A stretch of DNA of 64,000 bases, taken from positions 1,302,001 through 1,366,000 of the forward strand of contig NC_086108.1 of NCBI RefSeq assembly GCF_963921235.1. Reading direction: 5' to 3'. Made by a program: the position numbers and the translations under genes. The notes under the pieces were generated by a model, which was given only the letters and a program-made list of their open reading frames with translations, was not told the DNA's origin and made no database searches. Position 1 is the stretch's first letter; every line of letters starts with the position of its first letter. This document shows positions 34,801 through 49,800 of the stretch, in pieces. The stretch is from Mobula hypostoma (Eukaryota).

Positions 34801-37800
34801 CCGCACTGTGATCTAAGAGCATCGCACAACGCTGAACTGACTCCACACTGTGATCTGCGACCATCGCACAGCGCTGAACTGACTCTGCACTGTGATCTAC
34901 AACCATCGCACAGCGCTGAACTGACTCCGCACTGTGATCTACAACCATCGCACAGCGCTGAACTGACTCCGCACTGTGATCTACAACCATCGCACAGCGC
35001 TGAACTGACTCCGCACTGTGATCTACAACCATCGCACAGCGCTGAACTGACTCCGCACTGTGATCTACAACCATCGCACAGCGCTGAACTGACTCCACAC
35101 TGTGATCTACAACCATCGCACAGCGCTGAACTGACTCCGCACTGTGATCTACGAACATCGCACAGCGCTGAACTGACTCCACACTGTGATCTACGACCAT
35201 CGCACAGCACTGAACTGACTCTGTGGCTGTGATCTACAACCATTGCACAGCGCTGAACTGACTCCACACTGTGATCTACAACCATCGCACAGCTCTGAAC
35301 TGACTCCACACTGTGATCTACGACCATCGCACAGCACTGAACTGACTCTGTGGCTGTGATCTACAACCATCGCACAGCGCTGAACTGACTCCGCACTGTG
35401 ATCTACAACCATCGCACAGCGCTGAACTGACTCCACACTGTGATCTACGACCATCGCACAGCGCTGAACTGACTCTGTGGCTGTGATCTACAGCCATTGC
35501 ACAGCGCTGAACTGACTCCGCACTGTGATCTACTACCATCGCACAGCGCTGAACTGACTCCGCACTGTGATCTACGACCATCGCACAGCGCTGAACTGAC
35601 TCCACACTGTGATCTACGACCATCGCACAGCACTGAACTGACTCTGTGGCTGTGATCTACAACCATCGCACAGCGCTGAACTGACTCCACACTGTGATCT
35701 ACGACCATCGCACAGCTCTGAACTGACTGCACACTGTGATCTACGACCATCGCACAGCACTGAACTGACTCTGTGGCTGTGATCTACAACCATCGCACAG
35801 CGCTGAACTGACTCCACACTGTGATCTACGACCATCGCACAGCACTAAACTGACTCTGTGGCTGTGATGTACAGCCATTGCACAGCGCTGAACTGACTCC
35901 GCACTGTGATCCACAACCATCGCAGAGCTCTGAACTGACTCCGCACTGTGATCTACAACCATCGCAGAGCGCCGAACTGACTCCGCACTGTGATCTACAA
36001 CCATCGCACAGCGCTGAATTGACTCCGCACTGTGATCTACAACCATCGCACAGTGCTGAACTGACTCCGCACTGTGATCTACAACCATCGCACAGCGCCG
36101 AACTGACTCCACACTGTGATCTACGACCATCGCACAGCACTGAACTGACTCTGTGGCTGTGATCTACAACCATCGCACAGCGCTGAACTGACTCCACACT
36201 GTGATCTACGACCATCGCACAGCTCTGAACTGACTCCACACTGTGATCTACGACCATCGCACAGCACTGAACTGACTCTGTGGCTGTGATCTACAACCAT
36301 CGCACAGCGCTGAACTGACTCCACACTGTGATCTACGACCATCGCACAGCGCTGAACTGACTCCACACTGTGATCTACGACCATCGCACAGCACTGAACT
36401 GACTCTGTGGCTGTGATCTGCAACCATCGCACAGCAATGAACTGACTCTGTGGCTGTGATCTAAAACCATCGCACAGCGCTGAACTGACTCCGCACGGTG
36501 ATCTACAACCATCGCACAGCTCTGAACTGACTCCGCAATGTGAACTACGACCATCGCTCAGCGATGAACTGACTACACACTGTGATCTGCGAACATCGCA
36601 CAGCACTGAACTGACTCCACACTGCGATCTACAACCATCGCACAGCGCTGAACTGACTCTGCGACTGTGATCTACAACCATCGCACAGAGCTGAACTGAC
36701 TCCACACGGTGATCTACAACCATCGCACAGCGCTGAACTGACTCCACACTGTGATCTACAACCATCGCACAGCGCTGAACTGACTCCACACTGTGATCTA
36801 CAACCATCGCACAGCGCTGAACTGACTCCACACTGTGATCTACAACCATCGCACAGCGCTGAACTGACTCCGCACTGTGATCTACAACCATCGCACAGCG
36901 CTGAACTGACTCCGCACTGTGATCTACAACCATCGCACAGCGCAGAACTGACTCCGTACTGTGATCTACGACCATCGCACAGCGCTGAACTGACTCTGCA
37001 CTGTGATCTACAACCATCGCACAGCGCTGAACTGACTCCGCACTGTGATCTACAACCATCGCACAGCGCTGAACTGACTCCACACTGTGATCTACAACCA
37101 TCGCACAGCGCTGAACTGACTCCACACTGTGATCTACAACCATCGCACAGCGCTGAACTGACTCTGCACTGTGATCTACAACCATCGCACAGCGCTGAAC
37201 TGACTCCGCACTGTGATCTACGACCATCGCACAGCGCTGAACTGACTCCACACTGTGATCTACGACCATCGCACAGCGCTGAACTGACTCCACACTGTGA
37301 TCTACAACCATCGCACAGCGCTGAACTGACTCCACACTGTGATCTACAACCATCGCACAGCGCTGAACTGACTCCGCACTGTGATCTACAACCATCGCAC
37401 AGCGCTGAACTGACTCCACACTGTGATCTACAACCATCGCACAGCGCTGAACTGACTCTGCACTGTGATCTACAACCATCGCACAGCGCTGAACTGACTC
37501 ACACTGTGATCTACAACCATCGCACAGCGCTGAACTGACTCTGCGGCTGTGATCTACAACCATCGCACAGCGCTGAACTGACTCCACACTGTGATCTGCG
37601 ACCATCGCACAGCGCTGAACTGACTCTGCACTGTGATCTACAACCATCGCACAGCGCTGAACTGACTCCGCACTGTGATCTACGACCATCGCACAGCGCT
37701 GAACTGACTACGCACTGTGATCTACAACCATCGCACAGCGCTGAACTGACTACGCACTGTGATCTACAACCATCGCACAGCACTGAACTGACTGTGCACT

Positions 37801-40800
37801 GTGATCTACAACCATCGCACAGCGCTGAACTGACTTCACACTGTGATCTACAACCATCGCACAGCGCTGAACTGACTCCGCACTGTGATCTACAACCATC
37901 GCACAGCGCTGAACTGACTCCGCACTGTGATCTACAACCATCGCACAGCGCTGAACTGACTCCGCACTGTGATCTACAACCATCACACAGCGCTGAACTG
38001 ACTTCACACTGTGATCTACAACCATCGCACAGGGCTGAACTGACTGCACACTGTGATCTGCGATCTTCACACATCGCTGAAGTCACTCTGCACTGTGATC
38101 TGCGACCATTGCACAGCGCTGAACTGAATCCGCACTGTGATCTACAACCATCACACAGCGCTGAACTGTCTCCACACTGTGATGTACGAAGATCGCACTG
38201 AGCTGAACTGACTCCACACTGTGATCTACGACCATCGCACAGCGCTGAACTGACTCCACACTGTGATCTACAACCATCGCACAGCGCTGAACTGACTACA
38301 CACTGTGATCTACGAACATCGCACAGCGCTGAACTGACTCCACACTGTGATCTACGACCATCGCACAGCACTGAACTGACTCTGTGGCTGTGATCTACAA
38401 CCATCGCACAGCGCTGAACTGACTCCACACTGTGATCTACGACCATCGCACAGCTCTGAACTGACTCCACACTGTGATCTACGACCATCGCACAGCACTG
38501 AACTGACTCTGTGGCTGTGATCTACAACCATCGCACAGCGCTGAACTGACTCCGCACTGTGATCTACGACCATCGCACAGCGCTGAACTGACTCCACACT
38601 GTGATCTACGACCATCGCACAGCACTGAACTGACTCTGTGGCTGTGATCTACAACCATTGCACAGCGCTGAACTGACTCCGCACTGTGATCTACAACCAT
38701 CGCACAGCGCTGAACTGACTCCGCACTGTGATCTACGAACATCGCACAGCGCTGAACTGACTCCACACTGTGATCTACGACCATCGCACAGCACTGAACT
38801 GACTCTGTGGCTGTGATCTACAACCATCGCACAGCGCTGAACTGACTCCACACTGTGATCTACGACCATCGCACAGCACTGAACTGACTCTGTGGCTGTG
38901 ATCTACAACCATCGCACAGCGCTGAACTGACTCCACACTGTGATCTACGACCATCGCACAGCACTGAACTGACTCTGTGGCTGTGATCTACAACCATCGC
39001 ACAGCGCTGAACTGACTCCGCACTGTGATCTACAACCATCGCACAGCTCTGAACTGACTCCGCACTGTGATCTACAACCATCGCACAGCGCCGAACTGAC
39101 TCCGCACTGTGATCTACAACCATCGCACAGCGCTGAACTGACTCCGCACTGTGATCTACAACCATCGCACAGTGCTGAACTGACTCCGCACTGTGATCTA
39201 CAACCATCGCACAGCGCTGAACTGACTCTGTGGCTGTGATCTACAACCATCGCACAGCGCTGAACTGACTCCGCACTGTGATCTACAACCATCGCACAGC
39301 GCTGAACTGACTCCGCACTGTGATCTACAACCATCGCACAGCGCTGAACTGACTCCGCACTGTGATCTACAACCATCGCACAGTGCTGAACTGACTCCGC
39401 ACTGTGATCTACAAACATCGCACAGCGCTGAACTGACTCTGTGGCTGTGATCTACAGCCATTGCACAGCGCTGAACTGACTCCGCACTGTGATCTACGAC
39501 CATCGCACAGCGCTGAACTGACTCCACACTGTGATCTACGACCATCGCACAGCGCTGAACTGACTCCACACTGTGATCTACAACCATCGCACAGCGCTGA
39601 ACTGACTCCACACTGTGATCTACGACCATCGCACAGCTCTGAACTGACTCCACACTGTGATCTACGACCATCGCACAGCACTGAACTGACTCTGTGGCTG
39701 TGATCTAAAACCATCGCACAGCGCTGAACTGACTCCGCACGGTGATCTACAACCATCGCACAGCTCTGAACTGACTCCGCACTGTGAACTACGACCATCG
39801 CTCAGCGCTGAACTGACTCCACACTGTGATCTGCGAACATCGCACAGCACTGAACTGACTCCGCACTGTGATCGACAACCATCGCACAGCGCTGAACTGA
39901 CTCCACACTGTGATCTATAACCATCGCACAGCGCTGAACTGACTCTGCGACTGTGATCTACAACCATCACACAGCACTGAACTGACTACACACTGTGATC
40001 TGCGACCATCGCACAGCGCAGAACTGACTCCACGCTGTGATCTACAACCATCGCAGAGCTCTGAACTGACTCCGCACTGTGATCTACAACCATTGCACAG
40101 CGCCGAACTGACTCCGCACTGTGATCTACAACCATCGCACAGCTCTGAATTGACTCCGCACTGTGATCTACAACCATCGCACAGTGCTGAACTGACTCCG
40201 CACTGTGATCTACAACCATCGCACAGCGCTGAACTGACTCCGCACTGTGAACTACGACCATCGCACAGCGCTGAACTGACTCCACACTGTGATCTACAAC
40301 CATCGCACAGCACTGAACTGACTCCGCACTGTGATCTACAACCATCGCACAGCGCTGAACTGACTCCGCACTGTGATCTACAACCATCGCACAGTGCTGA
40401 ACTGACTCCGCACTGTGATCTACAACCATCGCACAGCGCTGAACTGACTCTGTGGCTGTGATCTACAGCCATTGCACAGCGCTGAACTGACTCCGCACTG
40501 TGATCTACAACCATCGCACAGCGCTGAACTGACTCCGCACTGTGATCTACAACCATCGCACAGCTCTGAACTGACTCCGCAATGTGAACTACGACCATCG
40601 CTCAGCGATGAACTGACTACACACTGTGATCTGCGAACATCGCACAGCACTGAACTGACTCCACACTGCGATCTACAACCATCGCACAGCGCTGAACTGA
40701 CTCTGCACTGTGATCTACAACCATCGCACAGCGCTGAACTGACTCCACACTGTGATCTACAACCATCGCACAGCGCTGAACTGACTCCACACTGTGATCT

Positions 40801-43800
40801 ACAACCATCGCACAGCGCTGAACTGACTCCACACTGTGATCTACAACCATCGCACAGCGCTGAACTGACTCCACACTGTGATCTACAACCATCGCACAGC
40901 GCTGAACTGACTCCGCACTGTGATCTACAACCATCGCACAGTGCTGAACTGACTCCGCACTGTGATCTACGACCATCGCACAGCGCTGAACTGACTCCAC
41001 ACTGTGATCTACAACCATCGCACAGCTCTGAACTGACTCCGCACTGTGATCTACAACCATCGCACAGCGCTGAACTGACTCTGTGGCTGTGATCTACAAC
41101 CATCGCACAGCGCTGAACTGACTCCGCACTGTGATCTACAACCATCGCACAGCGCTGAACTGACTCCACACTGTGATCTACAACCATCGCACAGCGCTGA
41201 ACTGACTCCACACTGTGATCTACAACCATCGCACAGCGCTGAACTGACTCTGCACTGTGATCTACAACCATCGCACAGCGCTGAACTGACTCCACACTGT
41301 GATCTACAACCATCGCACAGCGCTGAACTGACTCCACACTGTGATCTACGACCATCGCACAGCGCTGAACTGACTCCACACTGTGATCTACAACCATCGC
41401 ACAGCGCTGAACTGACTCCGCACTGTGATCTACAACCATCGCACAGCGCTGAACTGACTCCGCACTGTGATCTACAACCATCGCACAGCGCTGAACTGAC
41501 TCCGCACTGTGATCTACGACCATCGCACAGCGCTGAACTGACTCCACACTGTGATCTACGACCATCGCACAGCGCTGAACTGACTCCACACTGTGATCTA
41601 CAACCATCGCACAGCGCTGAACTGACTACACACTGTGATCTACGAACATCGCACTGAGCTGAACGGACTCCACACTGTGATCTACGACCATCGCACAGCA
41701 CTGAACTGACTCTGTGGCTGTGATCTAAAACCATCGCACAGCGCTGAACTGACTCCGCACGGTGATCTACAACCATCGCACAGCTCTGAACTGACTCCGC
41801 ACTGTGAACTACGACCATCGCTCAGCGCTGAACTGACTCCACACTGTGATCTGCGAACATCGCACAGCACTGAACTGACTCCGCACTGTGATCGACAACC
41901 ATCGCACAGCGCTGAACTGACTCCACACTGTGATCTACAACCATCGCACAGCGCTGAACTGACTCTGCGACTGTGATCTACAACCATCACACAGCACTGA
42001 ACTGACTACACACTGTGATCTGCGACCATCGCACAACGCAGAACTGACTCCACGCTGTGATCTACAACCATCGCAGAGCTCTGAACTGACTCCGCACTGT
42101 GATCTACAACCATCGCACAGCGCCGAACTGACTCCGCACTGTGATCTACAACCATCGCACAGCTCTGAATTGACTCCGCACTGTGATCTACAACCATCGC
42201 ACAGTGCTGAACTGACTCCGCACGGTGATCTACAACCATCGCACAGCTCTGAACTGACTCCGCACTGTGAACAACGACCATCGCTCAGCGCTGAACTGAC
42301 TCCACACTGTGATCTGCGATCATCGCACAGCACTGAACTGACTCCGCACTGTGATCTACAACCATCGCACAGCGCTGAACTGACTCCGCACTGTGATCTA
42401 CAACCATCGCACAGCTCTGAACTGACTCCGCACTGTGATCTACAACCATCGCACAGCGCTGAACTGACTCTGTGGCTGTGATCAACAGCCATTTCACAGC
42501 GATGAACTGACTCCGCACTGTGATCTACAACCATCGCACAGTGCTGAACTGACTCCGCACTGTGATCTACAACCATCGCACAGCTCTGAACTGACTCCGC
42601 ACTGTGATCTACAACCATCGCACAGCGCTGAACTGACTCACACTGTGATCTACAACCATCGCACATCGCACAGCACTGAACTGACTCCGCACTGTGATCT
42701 ACAACCATCGCACAGCGCTGAACTGACTCTGCGACTGTGATCTACAACCATCGCACAGCGCTGAACTGACTACACACTGTGATCTACAACCATCGCACAG
42801 CGCTGAACTGACTCCACACTGTGATCTACAACCATCGCACAGCGCTGAACTGACTCCACACTGTGATCTACAACCATCGCACAGCGCTGAACTGACTCCA
42901 CACTGTGATCTACAACCATCGCACAGCTCTGAACTGACTCCGCACTGTGATCTACAACCATCGCACAGCGCTGAACTGACTCCGCACTGTGATCTACAAC
43001 CATCGCACAGCGCTGAACTGACTCCGCACTGTGATCTACAACCATCGCACAGCGCTGAACTGACTCCGCACTGTGATCTACAACCATCGCACAGCGCTGA
43101 ACTGACTCTGTGGCTGTGATCTACAACCATCGCACAGCGCTGAACTGACTCCGCACTGTGATCTACAACCATCGCACAGCGCTGAACTGACTCCACACTG
43201 TGATCTACAACCATCGCACAGCGCTGAACTGACTCCACACTGTGATCTACAACCATCGCACAGCGCTGAACTGACACGGCACTGTGATCTACAATCATCG
43301 CACAGCGCTGAACTGACTCCGCACTGTGATCTACAACGATCGCACAGCGCTGAACTGACTCCACACTGTGATCTACAACCATCGCACAGCGCTGAACTGA
43401 CTCCACACTGTGATCTACAACCATCGCACAGCGCTGAACTGACTCCGCACTGTGATCTACAACCATTGCACAGCGCTGAACTGACTCCGCACTGTGATCT
43501 ACAACCATCGCACAGCGCTGAACTGACTCCGCACTGTGATCTACAACCATCGCACAGCGCTGAACTGACTCCACACTGTGATCTACAACCATCGCACAGT
43601 GCTGAACTGACTCCACACTGTGATCTACAACCATCGCACAGCGCTGAACTGACTCTGTGGCTGTGATCTACAACCATCGCACAGCGCTGAACTGACTCCG
43701 CACTGTGATCTACAACCATCGCACAGCGCTGAACTGACTCCGCACTGTGATCTACAACCATCGCACAGCACTGAACTGACTCCGCACTGTGATCTACAAC

Positions 43801-46800
43801 CATCGCACAGCGCTGAACTGACTCCACACTGTGATCTACAACCATCGCACAGCGCTGAACTGACTCCACACTGTGATCTACGACCATCGCACAGCGCTGA
43901 ACTGACTCCACACTGTGATCTACGACCATCGCACAGCGCTGAACTGACTCCACACTGTGATCTACGACCATCGCACAGCACTGAACTGACTCTGTGGCTG
44001 TGATCTACAACCATCGCACAGCGCTGAACTGACTCCACACTGTGATCTACGACCATCGCACAGCGCTGAACTGACTCCACACTGTGATCTACGACCATCG
44101 CACAGCACTGAACTGACTCTGTGGCTGTGATCTACAACCATCGCACAGCGCTGAACTGACTCCGCACTGTGAACTACGACCATCGCACAGCGCTGAACTG
44201 ACTCCACACTGTGATCTACGACCATCGCACAGCACTGAACTGACTCTGTGGCTGTGATCTACAGCCATTGCACAGCGCTGAACTGACTCCGCACTGTGAT
44301 CTACAACCATCGCACAGCGCTGAACTGACTACACACTGTGATCTACGAACATCACACTGAGCTGAACGGACTCCACACTGTGATCTACGACCATCGCACA
44401 GCACTGAACTGACTCTGTGGCTGTGATCTACAACCATCGCACAGCGCTGAACTGACTCCGCACTGTGATCTACAACCATCGCACAGCGCTGAACTGACTC
44501 CACACTGTGATCTACAACCATCGCACAGCTCTGAACTGACTCCGCACTGTGATCTACAACCATCGCACAGCGCTGAACTGACTCCGCACTGTGATCTACA
44601 ACCATCGCACAGCGCTGAACTGACTCCGCACTGTGATCTACAACCATCGCACAGCTCTGAACTGACTCCGCACTGTGATCTACAACCATCGCACAGCTCT
44701 GAACTGACTCCGCACTGTGATCTACAACCATCGCACAGCTCTGAACTGACTCCACACTGTGATCTACGACCATCGCACAGCACTGAACTGACTCTGTGGC
44801 TGTGATCTACAACCATCGCACAGCGCTGAACTGACTCCGCACTGTGATCTACAACCATCGCACAGCGCTGAACTGACTCCGCACTGTGATCTACAACCAT
44901 CGCACAGCGCTGAACTGACTCCGCACTGTGATCTACAACCATCGCACAGCGCTGAACTGACTCCGCACTGTGATCTACAACCATCGCACAGCGCTGAACT
45001 GACTCCACACTGTGATCTACAACCATCGCACAGCGCTGAACTGACTCCACACTGTGATCTGCGACCATCGCACAGCGCTGAACTGACTCTGCACTGTGAT
45101 CTACAACCATCGCACAGCGCTGAACTGACTCACACTGTGATCTACAACCACTGCACAGCGCTGAACTGACTCTGCGGCTGTGATCTACAACCATCGCACA
45201 GCGCTGAACTGACTCCGCACTGTGATCTACAACCATCGCACAGCGCTGAACTGACTCCACACTGTGATCTACAACCATCGCACAGCACTGAACTGACTGT
45301 GCACTGTGATCTACAACCATCGCACAGCGCTGAACTGACTCCACACTGTGATCTACAACCATCGCACAGCACTGAACTGACTGTGCACTGTGATCTACAA
45401 CCATCACACAGCGCTGAACTGACTCCATACTGTGATCTACAACCATCGCACAGCGCTGAACTGACTCCGCACTGTGATCTACAACCATCGCACAGCGCTG
45501 AACTGACTCACACTGTGATCTACAACCATCGCACAGCGCTGAACTGACTGCACACTGTGATCTGCGACCTTCACACATCGCTGAAGTCACTCTGCACTGT
45601 GATCTGCGACCATTGCACAGCGCTGAACTGAATCCGCACTGTGATCTACAACCATCACACAGCGCTGAACTGTCTCCACACTGTGATGTACGAACATCGC
45701 ACTGAGCTGAACTGACTCCACACTGTGATCTACGACCATCGCACAGCGCTGAACTGACTCCACACTGTGATCTACAACCATCGCACAGCGCTGAACTGAC
45801 TCCACACTGTGATCTACGAACATCGCACAGAGCTGAACGGACTCCACACTGTGATCTACGACCATCGCACAGCACTGAACTGACTCTGTGGCGGTGATCT
45901 ACAACCATTGCACAGTGCTGAACTGACTCCACACTGTGATCTACGACCATAGCACAGCTCTGAACTGACTCCACACTGTGATCTACGACCATCGCACAGC
46001 ACTGAACTGACTCTGTGGCTGTGATCTACAATCATCGCACAGCGCTGAACTGACGCAACACTGTGATCTACGACCATCGCAGAGCGCTGAACTGACTCCA
46101 CACTGTGATCTACGACCATCGCACAGCACTGAACTGACTCTGTGGCTGTGATGTACAGCCATTGCACAGCGCTGAACTGACTCCGCACTGTGATCTACAA
46201 CCATCGCACAGCGCTGAACTGACTCCACACTGTGATCTACGACCATCGCACAGCGCTGAACTGACTCCACACTGTGATCTACGACCATCGCACAGCACTG
46301 AACTGACTCTGTGGCTGTGATCTACAACCATCGCACAGTGCTGAACTGACTCCACACTGTGATCTACGACCATCGCACAGCTCTGAACTGACTCCATACT
46401 GTGATCTACGACCATCGCACAGCACTGAACTGACTCTGTGGCTGTGATCTACGACCATCGCACAGCGCTGAACTGACTCCACACTGTGATCTACGACCAT
46501 CGCACAGCACTGAACTGACTCTGTGGCTGTGATGTACAGCCATTGCACAGCGCTGAACTGACTCCGCACTGTGATCCACAACCATCGCAGAGCTCTGAAC
46601 TGACTCCGCACTGTGATCTACAACCATCGCAGAGCGCCGAACTGACTCCGCACTGTGATCTACAACCATCGCACAGCGCAGAATTGACTCCGCACTGTGA
46701 TCTACAACCATCGCACAGTGCTGAACTGACTCCGCACTGTGATCTACAAACATCGCACAGCGCTGAACTGACTCTGTGGCTGTGATCTACAACCATCGCA

Positions 46801-49800
46801 CAGCGCTGAACTGACTCCGCACTGTGATCTACAACCATCGCACAGCGCTGAACTGACTCCGCACTGTGATCTACAACCATCGCACAGCGCTGAACTGACT
46901 CCGCACTGTGATCTGCGACCATCGCACAGCGCTGATCTGACTCTGCGGCTGTGATCTACAACCATCGAACAGCGCTGAACTGACTCACACTGTGATCCAC
47001 AACCATTGCACAGCGCTGAACTGACTACGCACTGTGATCTACAGCCATCGCACAGCACTGAACTGACTGTGCACTGTGATCTACAACCATCACACAGCGC
47101 TGAACTGACTTCACACTGTGATCTACAACCATCGCACAGCGCTGAACTGACTCCACACTGTGATCTACAACCATCGCACAGCGCTGAACTGACTACACAC
47201 TGTGATCTACGAACATCGCACTGAGCTGAACTGACTCCACACTGTGATCTACGACCATCGCACAGCACTGAACTGACTCTGTGGCTGTGATCTACAACCA
47301 TCGCACAGCGCTGAACTGACTCCACACTGTGATCTACAACCATCGCACAGCTCTGAACTGACTCCACACTGTGATCTACGACCATCGCACAGCACTGAAC
47401 TGACTCTGTGGCTGTGATCTACAACCATCGCACAGCGCTGAACTGACTCCGCACTGTGATCTACAACCATCGCACAGCGCTGAACTGACTCCACACTGTG
47501 ATCTACGACCATCGCACAGCACTGAACTGACTCTGTGGCTGTGATCTACAGCCATTGCACAGCGCTGAACTGACTCCGCACTGTGATCTACAACCATCGC
47601 ACAGCGCTGAACTGACTACACACTGTGATCTACGAACATCACACTGAGCTGAACGGACTCCACACTGTGATCTACAACCATCGCACAGCACTGAACTGAC
47701 TCTGTGGCTGTGATCTACAACCATCGCACAGCGCTGAACTGACTCCACACTGTGATCTACAACCATCGCACAGCTCTGAACTGACTCCACACTGTGATCT
47801 ACGACCATCGCACAGCACTGAACTGACTCTGTGGCTGTGATCTACAACCATCGCACAGCGCTGAACTGACTCCACACTGTGATCTACGACCATCGCACAG
47901 CACTAAACTGACTCTGTGGCTGTGATGTACAGCCATTGCACAGCGCTGAACTGACTCCGCACTGTGATCTACAACCATCGCACAGCTCTGAACTGACTCC
48001 GCACTGTGATCTACAACCATCGCACAGCGCTGAACTGACTCCGCACTGTGATCTACAACCATCGCACAGCGCTGAACTGACTCCGCACTGTGATCTACAA
48101 CCATCGCACAGCGCTGAACTGACTCCGCACTGTGATCTACAACCATCGCACAGCGCTGAACTGACTCCACACTGTGATCTACGACCATCGCACAGCACTG
48201 AACTGACTCTGTGGCTGTGATCTACAACCATCGCACAGCGCTGAACTGACTCCACACTGTGATCTACGACCATCGCACAGCGCTGAACTGACTCCACACT
48301 GTGATCTACGACCATCGCACAGCACTGAACTGACTCTGTGGCTGTGATCTACAACCATCGCACAGCGCTGAACTGACTCCACACTGTGATCTACGACCAT
48401 CGCACAGCGCTGAACTGACTCCACACTGTGATCTACGACCATCGCACAGCACTGAACTGACTCTGTGGCTGTGATCTGCAACCATCGCACAGCACTGAAC
48501 TGACTCTGTGGCTGTGATCTAAAACCATCGCACAGCGCTGAACTGACTCCGCACTGTGATCTACAACCATCGCACAGCTCTGAACTGACTCCGCACTGTG
48601 ATCTACGACCATCGCTCAGCGCTGAACTGACTCCACACTGTGATCTGCGAATATCGCACAGCACTGAACTGACTCCACACTGTGATCTACAACCATCGCA
48701 CAGCGCTGAACTGACTCTGCGACTGTGATCTACAACCATCGCACAGTACTGAACTGACTCCACACTGTGATCTACAACCATCGCACAGCGCTGAACTGAC
48801 TCCACACTGTGATCTACAACCATCGCACAGCGCTGAACTGACTCCACACTGTGATCTACAACCATCGCACAGCGCTGAACTGACTCCACACTGTGATCTA
48901 CAACCATCGCACAGCGCTGAACTGACTCCGCACTGTGATCTACAACCATCGCACAGCTCTGAACTGACTCCGCACTGTGATCTACAACCATCGCACAGCG
49001 CTGAACTGACTCCGCACTGTGATCTACAACCATCGCACAGCGCTGAACTGACTCCGCACTGTGATCTACAACCATCGCACAGCGCTGAACTGACTCTGTG
49101 GCTGTGATCTACAACCATCGCACAGCGCTGAACTGACTCCGCACTGTGATCTACAACCATCGCACAGCGCTGAACTGACTCCACACTGTGATCTACAACC
49201 ATCGCACAGCGCTGAACTGACTCCGCACTGTGATCTACAACCATCGCACAGCGCTGAACTGACTCTGCACTGTGATCTACAACCATCGCACAGCGCTGAA
49301 CTGACTCCGCACTGTGATCTACAACCATCGCACAGCGCTGAACTGACTCCACACTGTGATCTACAACCATCGCACAGCGCTGAACTGACTCCACACTGTG
49401 ATCTACAACCATCGCACAGCGCTGAACTGACTCCGCACTGTGATCTACAACCATCGCACAGCGCTGAACTGACTCCGCACTGTGATCTACAACCATCGCA
49501 CAGCGCTGAACTGACTCCACACTGTGATCTACAACCATCGCACAGCGCTGAACTGACTCTGTGGCTGTGATCTACAACCATCGCACAGCGCTGAACTGAC
49601 TCCGCACTGTGATCTACAACCATCGCACAGCGCTGAACTGACTCTGCGACTGTGATCTACAACCATCGCACAGCGCTGAACTGACTCCACACTGTGATCT
49701 GTGACCATCGCACAGCGCTGAACTGACTCCGCACTGTGATCTACAACCATCGCACAGCGCTGAACTGACTCCGCACTGTGATCTACAACCATCGCACAGC